A program made the position numbers and the translations under genes. 64,000 nucleotides of DNA, taken from the human T2T-CHM13v2.0 reference genome, Homo sapiens. Shown one piece after another: positions 27,001 through 42,879 of this stretch (position 1 is the stretch's first letter; each line of letters begins with the position of its first letter). The DNA lies in the NCBI RefSeq assembly GCF_009914755.1, contig NC_060930.1; one strand, written 5' to 3'. The notes beneath the pieces were generated by a model. It was not told the DNA's origin. It saw only the letters and a list, made by a program, of their open reading frames with translations, and did not search any database.

Positions 27001-27569
27001 AGTATTATTCTTGTTCCCTTATTGGTATCATGCTGATCTCCCGGTTATGAACAAAGAGCTGAAGATGAGATTTATTTAGCTTAATAAATGACAAAAATGT
27101 TTAACTTCTTACTAAAAGTTTTAGCTCTAGAAAGGAATTATCTTATTAAACTTCTGTGTTGAATTATGTAAAAAGTCTGAATTCAAAATCTTGGCAGCTT
27201 TTAGTACTGCAAATTATTTAAAGAGACATCCAGATTCCATATGTAATATGCTGGAAGAGTTGAACCAAGATGCTAGTTAATTGGATAAGAATATGGATAG
27301 TATTCATATTTATGCATCCAAAATTTTATAATGCATTAAGCCCAATATTTTTTATCTCTGATTTTGTTTCCAAAAAATTTAACATAACATTTATATTTTT
27401 TAACTTAGATCTTAAAAGTCTTAAAAGAAGAAAGGAATTGTGTAAACGAAAGATACAGATGTTTACTGATAGCCCTGTTAACTATGTAATTTTTAAGTCT
27501 ATTATTTCCCGTAATATTGATTACCTGATAATTATATTAAAACTACCATCATGTCCTATTCAATATATC

Positions 27570-28203
27570 CTACTCTCAAAGATGAAGTTTATTAAATTAA
27601 AGATAATTGTAAACTATTCTCAATCTAGTTGCCAAAAAAACAGAAATAAAATTATAAAAAATTAAAGGTATAGAAAATATTATAGTCAAGCAAATTTTGA
27701 AGAACAAAGCTGAAGGACTCACATTGCTAGACTTAAAGGCTGATTCCAAAGTTACATTAAATGGCTGGGCGCGTTGGATCACACCTGTAATCCTAGCACT
27801 TTGGGAGGTAGAGAAGGGCGGATTGCCTGAGCTCAGGAGTTTGAGACCAGCCTGGCCAACATGGTGAAACCCCGTCTCTACTGAAATTCAAAAAAGCAGC
27901 CGGGTGTGGTGGCAGGCACCTGTAATCCCAGCCGCTCAGGAGGCTGAGGCATGAGAATTGCTTGAAACCAGGAGGCGAGGTTGAAGTGAGCTGAGATCCT
28001 GCCACTTCACTCCAGCCTGGGCAACAAAGCAAAACTCTGTCTCAAAACAAAACAAAACAACAACAACAACAACAACAAAAACTGTCACATGAATTTAGAG
28101 AGTGTAAGACTGGCACAAGAAAAGATAAAGCACCAGAGTGCGGAGGGAAGGGTGGGTTGGCATGAAAGACAGAGAGCCTAGAAACAGATCCAAATTACAC
28201 CAT
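27570..28203 (+). mobile_element. Old L1M ORF2 fragment interrupted by an Alu
   Basis: TTTTGAAGAACAAAGCTGAAGGACTCACATTGCTAGACTT; AGAGAGCCTAGAAACAGATCCA. Confidence 0.65.
27763..28081 (+). mobile_element. AluS
   Basis: Full dimer with (CAA)n tail. Confidence 0.92.
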
Positions 28204-28829
<626 letters not shown>

Positions 28830-28899
28830 TCTTTGTTAAGAACAATATGTATTCATTGTTAAGGCTTTTCCTGCAGAAACCCCACCAGACACTCACAGG

Positions 28900-31050
28900 A
28901 AGTATCTTAAAGACCCTTAAATGTCCATAATGGTGCAGAAATGAGTAGTGAAACAGCAGTTATGCAATAGGGGGAAGAAACACTGCCCAAATTTTTCTCT
29001 ACCATCTTCACTATGAAACAAAAACTTTAATTTCCAATGGTCCATGCAGTAGCACTACTGACCTTAGGACATTGTTAAACTCCTATTGTAACCAGTAGAA
29101 GGAATCAGGAAGGGGCTAAAGATCTATTCTTAGAAGAGGAGCAGTATTACACACTCAACCCATAGCTACAACCAGGAAAGGGGCAGAGAAGGCCATACCA
29201 CCAAGACCCAGGTACATGATACTGGTCTAAAACTAAGCCAGAAAAAACAATCAAACATATCTACCTCCTGCTTCTCTAACATCTTGCACTACCCAACTAA
29301 CAGGCTTCAAATAAATAACAACAAAAATTGCTGAGAGAGAAATAAGCAAGGAACAAGAGTATGCAAGGACTGAATCTGAGGCACAAAGGAAAAACATGTA
29401 ACTCAAAATCTAACAGAAATTGACCTTGTAAGCTTTACTCCGCCTTAGGCAAGAAGTAGCTTTACAGGAATTTGAAAATGTTGCTGCATTTTGGGTAAAT
29501 AGCAACAGTACATTTTAAATTTAGAGCAACTCTTAACCAGATTTACATTAGCCCCCACATCAACATTCTAAACAAAAAAAAATAATGCCTTCATCTCCAG
29601 GCATAAAACCTATTTACTGCAGTCTCTACTCTTCTATGTAGTACATCTGCATTTAAACAAATATTGAGGCATGTGAAAGACAAGCAAAATCACCACAATC
29701 CTAACAGATTAAAAAAAAAATCAGAATAGAATCAGATATAACACAAAAGTTGATATTATGTAACAGATAATGTAAAATAAATATAGTTAGTATATTAAAG
29801 GTTCTAACAAAAAACATATACAGCATCCAATATCTGATAGGCAAATTCAGCAGAGATACAGAGCATATAAGAAGAAATCAAATGGAAATATTAGAAATAA
29901 AAAAACAGTAAAGAGATGAAAAATGTCTTTGGTAGGATTATCAGTAGAATAGATACAACCACGGAAAGAATAAGTGAATTTGAAGGTAGATTAATAGAAA
30001 TTACCTAAAATGAAACATAAAGAGTAAAAAAGAAAATTTTAAAAAGAACAGACATCTAAGGGCTATGAAACAATATCAAACCACCAATTGTGAGTGTAAT
30101 ATAAATCCCAGATGGGTAAAAGAAGGTAATTAAACTGCTGAAAGACAGCAAACCAGAGATGTATGAAACTAGAACAATAAACATGATATATACCTCCCTC
30201 AACCCCCTCAAAAGGAAACACACATGCACACAGACATACACAAACTTACCTAAGTACATTACACATCGTATTTCTACTGCTGAAAATCAACCACAGGTGA
30301 AAATCTTGAAAACAGGCAGAGAACGAAGACACAATACCATCCTATAACAAAGATCATATTTCCAGCAGTCTTATCAAAAACCATGCATGCAGAAAGTCAA
30401 TGTAATGATATCATTAAAGTGCTGAAAGAAGAGCAGTCAACCCACATTACTATAACCAGCAAAGTGTTCTTCAAAAGAAGTAGAAATTAAGTTTTCCTTA
30501 GACAAAAACAGATTCATATGTTGCCAGACATAGTCTATAAAAAATATTACAGGAAGTTATTCAGAAAGAAGGAATATTATATGTCAATAACTTTGGAAAT
30601 AGAGTAGATGTAGGTAAAACGCTTTTTTCTTATTGTGAATTGCTCTAATGATAATGGACTGTTTAAAGCAAAAACGTAGCAATGTTTTGTGTGCTTATAT
30701 CATCTGCATAAGTGAAAAGTATGAAAACAATGGCATAAAAATAGGAGAAAATACTTGGAATTTTATGTAATAAGGTCATTACACTGCAAATAAAGTGATT
30801 TAATATATTTCAAAGTAGACTCATCTAATATTCATACACTAAACTCTAGGGAAACCATTTTTAAAGTCAAAAGAATTGTTATATAAAATAAATAAAAGAG
30901 ATACAACTTAATAATAAAATATTCTTAAATCCAGAGAAGGCAGAAAAAAATCAATAAAAGGAACAAAGAACAAATAGAAAATAGCAAAGATAATAGTTTT
31001 TAGTTCACTATATTAATAACCTCTTTAAATGTGAATGGTCCAAAAGACTA
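28900..31050 (+). mobile_element. Old L1M 5' region (5' UTR, decayed ORF1, start of ORF2)
   Basis: AAATCAAATGGAAATATTAGAAATAAAAA..GAAAGAATAAGTGAATTTGAAG (ORF1-like); TTTAAATGTGAATGG (ORF2 N-terminus); left boundary uncertain. Confidence 0.7.
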
Positions 31051-31594
31051 ATGGAACTCATTATTTAATCCTAAATGGCAGATTACTTCTAATATTAGAT
31101 TTACTATTAATCCCAGATAATGAAATATTGATTTAAGTTAGTTCAAGATTCCTTGACCTGAAATGAGGTAGGTCCAACCCCAATCTGAGAGGGTGAATAA
31201 TGACTGAGCAAAATTACTACTGTTAACCTCAGTTCCCTTAACTGAGTTCTTACTAATCAGACATGACAGAATATCTGCTGGAAGGAGTCTCCCATGACAA
31301 AAACAAAAGCCAAAATCATTTTACTTTTTCTCTATCTTCTTGCCTAGAATATTAATGTGTGGCATACTGCTGGATTAGATGAGCCACATTATTTGATTTG
31401 TGTTATTTATCAAGAAAAGCACCTACAGTTGGGTCCCTACTGAGTTGCCCCTTTATTGAAGGAACATGGTAGGAGATTTACACCAACTTTGTCATAAGCC
31501 TTAGTGGAGAACTGCTGGTTTGCTAATATGATGAAAATAATAACAGACTAGATTTTAGAAAAAAAATACTCTTTTGGATATTATACTAAGGGTA

Positions 31595-31710
31595 TTTTAT
31601 ACCCAATTTCTTCAAATTTCTACAACTTTCTGAATGTGCAAATGAGAAGACTGAAGGTCAGAGAAGTTATATAACTTCCCTGAGGAAACACAAATAGTAT
31701 ATTAGAAGCT
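31595..31710 (-). mobile_element. MIR fragment
   Basis: CAAATGAGAAGACTGAAGGTCAGAGAAGTTATATAACTTCCCTGAGG. Confidence 0.6.
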
Positions 31711-32139
31711 TCCTCCCTCCAGCCCTTTCCATCATATTTGTTTCTTGAATTAACAATTGCTGGTTAATAAAATAATGACATTTTAAAAAATAATATTTGA
31801 GTGAGAATGACGGAAAAAGACAGGAAGCCTGTTTTTTGTTTTAGGTTTAAACATAAGTACGTATCTAAGCAAATTTGTCTTTATTGGCTCATTGACTCAC
31901 TCTAGAGTGCAAAGTTCGGAAGAAAAATCCTACAGCACGTAAGTGATGTTGCCTGAGTTGTCTACTATGTTCATTTTATTTAGGACTTCAGTTTGTTTTC
32001 GGATTCCTGATGGAAAATTTGTGGATTTCAAATCGTTTAATTACTTTCTCTCAAATGCTACATTGCAAGGATTAGATTTTTGTTAAAAATTATTATTCTA
32101 TTTTTCTGAGAGGTTTAGAATCCTGAAGTACAGTGATAA

Positions 32140-32250
32140 TTTGTGTAGTTAAAAAAAAATCGAGCAATTTGCATTCAGGCAGAACTTTGACTTTCAGCTC
32201 TGCCACTTACTAGCTTTTTAACTTTAGGATTATTAAATAACCTCTGTTGA
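32140..32250 (+). mobile_element. MIR fragment
   Basis: CAGCTCTGCCACTTACTAGCT core motif. Confidence 0.65.
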
Positions 32251-33210
32251 AGAATGGCATCTGTGCCATTTTAATAATTTACAACCTATTTTAATTCTCC
32301 TTATCCCTCCAAAGTAGTTAAACCAAAGTAAGTAATTTTAAACATTGGACACTTAAAAAGTGGAAAATGCCTGTTAATCAAGATAATAGACTCAAAGGAA
32401 AAAAATAGAAATGACCAGAATATCCAGACTTTTTTTTCTTATTCTACTGCTTTAATCCCAGGTCAGACAACTCCTATGAGTATATAAATTTGCATCCCTT
32501 TGGGAAGGATAGTTCTCAAAATAGTTGTAGTCGATGATTTCTTTTAGATTTAATTCAATAGCTAGGATTTGTATCATTTAATTCATGAAAAGTGTTTATT
32601 TCAAGATTATTTAAATTTATATACAGAATTACCTGTATGCAACTGAAACTGTCTTCATAATTTTCCAAATCCTATGATCAGATACTCACAAACATAACTT
32701 CATGTTATGTTTCTAGGTCCAAATTCTGTTCTCTGGATTCAAGATGACTGAGTAAGTGCATCTGAAGAATGTCTCTCCGATGGAGAATAACCAAACGGAG
32801 TAGATATTCACACTTTAAAGAGATCGTTGGAAGGAACACTGGAATTCAACAGAGTGGTGATGGGACACACTGAGGGTGAAGGAAGAGGAAAGCAGGGCTG
32901 CCAGCTTGGGGTTGCTGGGAGCCAAAAGCTGTCCCTGGACCCAGAGAAGGGGCAAGTGCCCCTTTCATAGAGCCAAGGAGAGACCCCTGGAGCTCCACAT
33001 ATCTGCCAGTAACCTTTATAATCCTGAATACAAGATACCTCCCAGATCCCCACAGGCCTCTAGACTAGCGTAGGGAGCTACCTAGAGATTGTGCAGAGGC
33101 TCTGCTCAAACTCTCATGGAGTACCACAGGCTTCCAAGTGCTGGGTAGCTGCAGCACAAAGCCATACCGGGACCCCACGCCTGAAGGCTCTGCCTCCTGC
33201 CCTGAGGCGG

Positions 33211-33234
33211 CTGCTGCTGCTGCTGCTGCTGCTG
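33211..33234. repeat. (CTG)8 trinucleotide repeat
   Basis: Eight uninterrupted CTG units. Confidence 0.95.
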
Positions 33235-33237
33235 CCA

Positions 33238-33375
33238 GCTGCTGGGTCAGGGATAGGAGAGGCTGGGTGCTCTCACATGCCCTAAGTACCACTGCCACTA
33301 CTGCATGCTGCTGGGTCAGGGATAGGAGAGGCAGGGTGCTCTCACATGCCCTAAGTACCACTGCCACTACTGCAT
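33238..33375. repeat. 69-bp tandem duplication (2 copies, 1 mismatch)
   Basis: 33238-33306 versus 33307-33375. Confidence 0.95.
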
Positions 33376-33622
33376 GCTGCTGCCGGAGCAAGGCACATTC
33401 AGACCATGCTCCCCACACCGTCTGAAATACCCCAAAGCTGCCCACATGATCATTCCCATGTAGATGGGCCTGCCCTTCCTGCTGGCAGCACTGCAACACA
33501 GTGGCCATTGTCCTGCCTGAGTGTTTGATTGGTGTCCTGGGACCAGCCTACCATCCTCATCACAGCCAACACTTGAGTCCAAGGGTCTCAAGGACAATTT
33601 CTCTGGCCTGGTCCTATCCTCC

Positions 33623-34381
33623 TGAGAGTCAGGACTAGCTGGATTTCCTCTGCCGAGTAAGAATCCCTAAGCCTAGCTGGGAAGGTGATTGCATCCACCT
33701 TTAAACACGGGGCTTGCAACTTAGCTGGCACCTGACCAATTAGGTAGTAAGGAGAGCTCACTAAAATGATAATTTGGCTAAAACAGGAGGTAAAGAAATA
33801 GCCAATCATCTATCACCTGAGAGCACAGGGGGAGGAACAATGATCGGGATATAAAGCCAGGAATTCCAGCTGGCAGTGGCTACCCTCTTTGGGTCCCCTC
33901 CCTTTGTATGTGAGCTCTGTTTTCACTCTATTAAATCTTGCAACTGCACCCTCTTCTGTTCTCTGTTTGTTAGGGCTTGAGCCGAGCTTTCGCTCACCAT
34001 CCAACACTGCTGTTTGCCGCCGTCGCAGACCCACCGCTGACTTCCACCCCTCTGGATATCGCAGGGTGTCGGCTGCGCTCCTGATCCAGCGAGGCGCCCA
34101 TTGCTGCTCTGGATAGGGCTAAAGGCTTGCCATTGTTCCCGCACAGCTAAGTGCCTGGGTTCATCCTAATCAAGCTGAACGCTGGTTGCTGGGTTCCATG
34201 GTTCTCTTCCATGACCCACCACTTCTAATAGAGCTGTAACACTCACTGCATGGTCCAAGATTTCATTCCTTGGAATCCATGAGGCCAAGAACCCCAGGTC
34301 AGAGAACAAGAGCCTCCCCGCCATGTTGGAAGTGGCCTGCCACCATCTTGGGAGCTCTGGGAGCAAGGACCCCCAGTAACA
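33623..34381 (+). mobile_element. HERV-W solo LTR (LTR17), full length
   Basis: TGAGAGTCAGGACTAGCTGGATTTCC start, CCCCCAGTAACA end, 4-bp TSD CTCC; CCAAT 33736 and 33802, TATAAA 33850, ATTAAA 33930. Confidence 0.95.
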
Positions 34382-34489
34382 CTCCTAGGACTTGAGCATG
34401 CCTTCTGGGGCATAGAGATGAGATTTGTGATCTGATCTTGAGTGGAAAAAGAGCCCCCATCGTCAAAACCAAGAGAAGAATGTGGCATG

Positions 34490-35026
<537 letters not shown>

Positions 35027-36414
35027 CTACTGGGCTGTGATTCCTGACCTGCCCCTCTCTCCTCCATGAAGGCCCTTTGGTGTGAGAGAAGCACCTCTGC
35101 CTCTTCCTGAAAAGATACCCCAGTGCCCTGAGAGCTGCTTGCTATCTCCTATGAAGGTCAGTACTCATACCTGCCATTGGAAAGCCTAGATACAGGATGG
35201 TTCAACTTGGCCCAACTTGGCTGTGTTCCCTCGACCCACTTCAGAGGCACAGCATGGGAAAGAAAACCCTGGGTTCTATGGTCCTTCCCATCACCTGGTT
35301 TATTCAAGTACTTCCAATTTTTACAGATCACACATAAATCTCACTGCTACCTTCTCAGCTGTCTCTCTCCTGCAAGCACCACTTACTGGCTGGGAAGATG
35401 ACCTGCACCACCCAATACAATACCTGTTTTCAGAAGTGCACAGGGCTGGGAAATGAGATAAGCTTCCTAAGAAATCCACCTTACCATCTCTGCAGGAGGC
35501 AGTGACTGTGCTCATATACCCAGTATACCACTGCTACAACCTACAAACAACCAGCATTTGAGAAAACCACCATACTAAAACTATCCATAACCAAAGAATT
35601 CATAGAGCCTTGGTTCCCTGGAAGCACTCAGAACCAAAGCCAAAGGACCCTACCAAACATACACTAGAGTCACACCCTCAAAGTAGAGGCAATCCCTCTC
35701 GAACAAAAGCAAATTCAAAAATAAGTAGTAGTATCTTCTCCAGATGAAAAGGAATCAGCATAATAACTCTGACAACATGAAAAATAGACTGTTTTGATGT
35801 TCTCAGAGGATCACACTAGCTCTTTATCAATGGCTCCTAAATAAAAAGAAAATTATAAAATGACAGATTAAGAATTTAAAATGTGAATTGTAAGGAAATT
35901 CAGTGAGATCAAAGAGAAAGTTGAAAAGCAGCACAAAGACATTAGAAAAACCATTGAAAATATGAATGAAAAATTCACTAAAGACATATTTAAAAAAAAT
36001 TTCTGGAAATAAAAAAAAAATTGAAAGAATTACAAAATACTGCTGAAAGCTTTATTTATAGGCTAGGCAAAGCCAAAGAAAGAATTTCAGAACTTGAAGA
36101 CAGGTCTTTCAAATTAACCCAGTCAGATAAAAATAAAGAAAAAAAAATGAACAAAGTCTTTGAGAAATACGGGATTTATGTAAAACAACCAAACTTATAA
36201 GAGTTGTTTCTGAGGGATTAAAAAAAGTAAATAGTTAGAAAGTGTATTTGAGGAAATAATTCAGAACAATTTCGCTGGTTTTGCTAGAGATTTAGACATT
36301 CAGGTGCAAAAAGCCCAGAGAAAAATAATTTGTAAGATGAACTTCACTAAGGCATATAGTCATCAGACTCTCCAAAGTTAATGTGAAGAAAAATATCCTA
36401 AAAGAAGCAAAAGA

Positions 36415-36748
<334 letters not shown>

Positions 36749-39700
36749 TTATCAAGGAAATACCATTAGACTAACAGTAAACTTTACAGCAAAAATCTTA
36801 CAGTCCAGAAGAGATTGGGGTCCTATTTTCAGTCTTTCCAAAGAAAAATTTGTCAGCCAACAATTTTGTGTCCTGCTAAACTTAGCGCCATAAATGAAGG
36901 GGAACTAAAGTCTTTCCCATACAAGCAAAGGCTAAGGAATTCCACACCATTAGACCATTCATAGAAGAAAAAAATTTTCAAAGGAGTTCTAAACATTGAA
37001 AAGAAAGGGCAATACTTGCCATCATAAAAACATGTGAAAGTAAAAAACTCACAGATCTTATAAAGCAGTTACACAATTGGAACTACGCAGCATCTAGATA
37101 ACAGTTAATATTATGACAGTAAGAAAATCTCAGATAGCAATATTAATCTTGAACATAAATGGACTAAATTTCCACTTAGCAGAAATACACTGATGTAATA
37201 GATAAAACACAAGATTTAAGCATATGTTGCTTATAAGAAACCCACGAAACTAGTAAAGTCATTTGCAGACTAAAAGTAAAGAGATGGAAAAAAGATATTC
37301 CATGCACACAGAAACCAGAAGCAAATGGGAGTAGCTATACTTATATCAGAGAAAACATTTTAAAACCGCAACAGTAAAATATTTTTTATATATATGTACA
37401 TATATGTATATGTATACATATAGATATGTATATAGATATGCCCTCTACACCAGAGCACTCAGATTAAAAAAATATATATTACTAGACCTAAGAAAAGAAA
37501 TAGACAGTTATATAATAATAGTGGTAAACTTCAACCCTCCACTGACAGCACTGGATGGGTCATAGAAGCAGAAAGTCAACAAAGAATCTCTGGACTCAGA
37601 TTGAACTCTAGATGAAATGAACATAACAGATATTTACAGAACATTCTATACAACAACCACATAAGATGCATTCTTCTCATCTGCACATGAGGTATTTTCC
37701 AAAATACATCAAATACTAGGCCACAAGGCAATTCTAAATTAATTTTAAAATACCAGAATCATATCAAGTATCTTCTCAGATCCCAGTGGAATTAAACTAG
37801 AGATCAATACTAAGAAAATCTCTCAGAACTGTACACAAAAATGGTAATTAAACAACTTAGTCCTTAATGATTTTCGGGTAAATGATACAATTAAGAAATA
37901 AAAAACAATTTAAATTAAAGAAAATAAAGACTCGCCATATGAAAACCTTTAGGATACAGCAAAAGCGATTCTAAAGAGGGAAGGTTATAATGTTAAATGC
38001 CTACATCAAAAACATAGAAAGGTCCCACATTAACAGCCTAACATTATACCTCAAGGAACTAGAAAACCACAGTGAACCAAATATAAAGTTAGCAGAAGAG
38101 GAAATAATATAATGTTAGCATAGAACTAAATGAAAGTGAGAACAAAAAACAAACAAAATGAAAAGTTTGTTTTTTGAAAAAATCAACAAAACTAATACAT
38201 CACTAGCTAGATTAACCAAGAAAAAGAGAGAGGTGAATCAAATAACCATCATCAAAAATGATAAAGGTGACATTAAAACGGATACCACAGATACAAAAAA
38301 ATACTGTCAGAGACTACCATGAGCATCTCTATAAACACAAGCTGTAACACATAGAGGAAATTGACAAATTCCTGGATGCGTACAACCTCCCAATATTGAA
38401 CTGGAAAAAATATAAATTCTGAACAGACCAATAATGATTAATAAGTTTGAATCAGTAATAAAACTTTTCCCATCAACAACAAAAAAAGCTCAGTACCAGA
38501 TGAATTCACAGCTGAATTCTACAGATGTACAAAGAAGAACTGGTACCAATCCTACTGAAAATGTTCCCAAAAATCAAAGAGGAGAGAATCCTTCCTCACT
38601 CATTCTATGAAGCCCATATCAACTTGATACCAAAGCCATGCAAAAACAAACCAAAAAAGAAAAAAGAAAACTACAGGTCAACATCCATGGTAAACATAGA
38701 TGCAAAAACCTCAACAAAATACTAGCAAACTAACAGCACATCAAAAAGGTAATAATACATCACAACCAAATGCATTTTATTACAGTGATACAAGATTATT
38801 TAAGCGTACGTAAATCAATAAATGTGTTAAGTCACATAAATAGAATGAAGGAAAAACTATATGATCATCTCAATAGATGCCAAAAAGCATTTGATAAAAT
38901 TTATCATCTTTTCATAACAAAAACTATCAATAAACTAGGCATAGAAAGAATATACCTCAAATTGATAAAAGCCATGTACAAAAAACCCACAGTCAACATC
39001 ATACTGAATGAGGAAAATTTGAAAGCAATAGTGCTAAGCACTGAAACAGAAAATGATGACCAGTGTTACCAGTCTTATTTAATGTAGTAGTGTAAGTTCT
39101 ATCTAGAGCAATCAGGCAAGATAAATAAATAAAAAGCATCCAAATTGGAAAGGAGGAAATCAAGTTATCTCTATTCACTGATGATATAATCATATACATA
39201 GAAAATACAAAGACTTCCTCCAAAAGACTCATAGATTTGATAAGTGACTTCAGTAGAGTTTCAGGATACAAAATCGATGTATGAAAATCAATAGCAATAT
39301 TGATACACCAATAACATTCAAGCTGAGGGCAAAATTAAGAATTCAATTCAATTTATAATAGCTACAACAAATAAAATACCTAAAACACCTTTAACCAAGG
39401 AGTTAAAATAGTTCTACAAGGAGTTCTACAAAACACTGCTGACAGAAATCATAGAGACACAAAGAAATGTAGAAATATTCCTCACTAAGGGATTGGAAGA
39501 ATCAATATCCTTAAGTTGGATATAATGCCCAAAGCTACCTTCAGATTCAACAAAATTCCTATCAAAATATTAACATCATTTTTCACAGAATTATAAAACA
39601 TCTTAAAATTCATATGGAACCAAAAAAGAACCTGAAGAGACAAAGCAATCTTTAGCCAAAAAAAAAAAAAAAAACAAAGCTGAAGGCATCACATTCACTA

Positions 39701-40618
39701 GACTATACTGCATCCAAGCCTTTAATAACCTAAACAGCATGATAATGGTATAAAAATAGACATATAGATCAATGGAACACAATAGAGACCCAAGAAATAA
39801 AGCTACATGTGTATAACCAACAGATATTGGACAATGTTGACAAAAATACATGGTGGGGAGAGGAGATGCTATTCAATAAATGGTGCTGAAAAAACTGGAT
39901 AGCCATATGCAGGAGAATAAACCTGGACACCTATATTTCAACATATACAAAAATTAACTCAAGATGAATAACAGACTTATATGTAAGACCTAAAACTATA
40001 AAAGTCTAAAAGAAAACTTAGAGAAAACCCTTTTGGACATTGGCCTAGGCCAAAAATTTACAACTAAATCCTCAAAAGAAAACACATCAACTCCAAAAAT
40101 CTACAAATGGGACTTAATTAAACTATAAGGTTTCCATACAGCAAAAGAAGCTATCGACAGATTAAATAGACAACCTACAGAATGGAAAAAAAAAAAGAAG
40201 TATTTGTGAACTATGTACCTGGCAAAGGACTAACATCCAGATTCTTCAAGAAACTCAACTCAACAAGGAAAAAACAACCCCATTAAAAAGTGGGTAAATA
40301 AAATGAACAGGTTTATTAAAAATAACAACAAGATATACAAATTACCAACACCTTATAAAAATGCTCAACATTAATAATTATCAGAGAAATGTAAAGTAAA
40401 ACCATGAAGAGATACCACCTTATGCCAGTCAGAATAGCTATTTTTAAAAGTCAAAAAACAACCATTGCTGGCAAGGATGCAGAGAAAGGGGAGTGCTTAT
40501 ACTTTGTTGGTGGGAATGAAAATGTGTATAATTCTATGGAATACAGTACGCAGATTTCTCAAGGAATTAAAAGTAGAGCTACCATTTGATCAAACAATCT
40601 AGTTACTGGGTATCTACC

Positions 40619-40810
40619 TGATGATTGAAAAACTACCTATTGGGTATTATGCTAATTACCTGGGTGACAAAATTATCTGTACACCAAACCCCAGGTGACA
40701 CACAATTTATCCATGCAACAAACCAGCATGTGTACTCCTGAACCTAAAATAAAGGATGAGAAATAATTTCTACTAGCCACAATAAAAAATAATGATAAAA
40801 AGAAAACAAG
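40619..40810 (+). mobile_element. Short nested L1PA (13-16-like) 3' end inside the host L1
   Basis: AAAACTACCTATTGGGTA..CTGGGTGACAAAATTATCTGTACACCAAACCCC..GAACCTAAAATAAA interrupts host GGGTATCTACC / GAAATCATTATATC. Confidence 0.8.
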
Positions 40811-41287
40811 AGAAATCATTATATCAAAAAGGCACCTGCATTTATATGTTTATCTCAGCCCTATTCATAATAGCAAAGTCACGGAATTAACTAAGTGTCT
40901 ATCAACAGATGATTGGATAAAGAAAATGTGGTATATATAGCATGGAATACCACTCAGGCGTTAAAAAACGGTAACAACAACAGTAAAATAATGTCTTTTG
41001 CAATGGCATAGATGGAACTGGAGGTCATTACCTTAAGTGAAACAACTCAGAAAGTCAAATAGTACACGCTCTCACTTATAGGTAGATGGTAAACAATAAG
41101 TACACATGAACATACAGAGTGGAATAATAATCAATGGATTTTCCAAAAAGAGGGAGGGTGGGATGGGGGTAAAGTTTGAAAAATTATCTATTGGATATGA
41201 TGTTCACTAATTGGGTGATGGGTACATTAAATGCCCAGACCTCACCACTGTGCCAAATATCCATTGGATTTTATTTTTAGAGATTTA

Positions 41288-41656
<369 letters not shown>

Positions 41657-42879
41657 CTAAATCTCTAAAAATAAATAATAACAATAATGTAAAAAGAAGT
41701 GTCCTATCTCACGCTTCCTCAGTCTCATTTTTCTCATGTGTAAGAATGGAGATCATCATGTTTTATTTCAGGAGTTTGTGTGAGAAAAAATATTATAAGA
41801 AAAATGATGCTTCTTACAGTCTTCTGACCTCTGAATATTTTGAATTATTATCCCTGATGTGGTCTAAAAAATCCTCATGTCTTAAGTTCCAAATTTTGTT
41901 TTAATATATATGAGGTTTCAGTATCCCAGATTATTTTTAATAATAAATAAATAAATGTATGTTACTACAGTTTGATTCTTCTTTAAATTCACACCTAAAT
42001 TATTATTTTTTCTTTGAAAACGTGATGGAACACTATTTCTCCTTGAAAATATGGTAAAAATATAATGGACCTTTCCAATGCATGTGCCCGTGTTTGTCTT
42101 CTACTTCAAACAGCAAGTTGAATAAGAAAAACATGGTTTTTAACACTCTGTAGCAAATTTTACATTATGTTAAATGAGATATCTAATTATTGATATATTA
42201 TGTAATAACACAATGTATTTGTTATAGACATTGCTTGAAACGTTAGATAAGTGGCCTATGCTTTTTTAAAATTCCAATAAATATAAGTCGATGCTCCCCT
42301 TAAGGGCATGTTGAGAGATTAGTTTATAATTATTTGTAAATTTGGGTTGATAAAACAAATAGGCACTTTATACAGGTATGATAATATGACAGAACACTGA
42401 AAGTCTGATTCCAATGTATTTTTGCTTCACAGGGAATGTATAATCACAAGTTGTATTCATATTCGTTAACTAAGATGAGTTTGCAGACTTCACTAGTTCT
42501 AGTTGCGTGATTTTGCATGGCTAAGTAATATGTAACTAAAATAATACAATGTAAAAAACCCAAGTTGTGTTATGTGTGTGTTTATACACATAAACACATA
42601 GGCATAAATATATGAATTATTTTATAATTGCATGGGAATTCTGCTATATATATATACACATATACATACATATTTAATTTTATTATTTTAATCTTCAGAA
42701 AACTGTAGGTTTGCCATTACATAATCTGCTGGTTATTACAGCTATTTTAGGTGAGTTCATCGTTTGATCTCCAATACATTTTTGATAAATGCCTGTGTAC
42801 ACAAGGAGTAATTGAATATAATCTGTGTTAAATTTTGATTATGAACTAGAATGTTTGAAATTCCTGGATATCATGACCT

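Noticed and set aside
27270-27665. 131-aa I/K/F-rich ORF
   Set aside because: Composition reflects AT-rich sequence and it runs into an L1M fragment
33065-33508. Poly-Ala/poly-Leu ORFs with an internal repeat
   Set aside because: Produced by (CTG)8 and the in-frame 69-bp duplication in an L1 5' UTR
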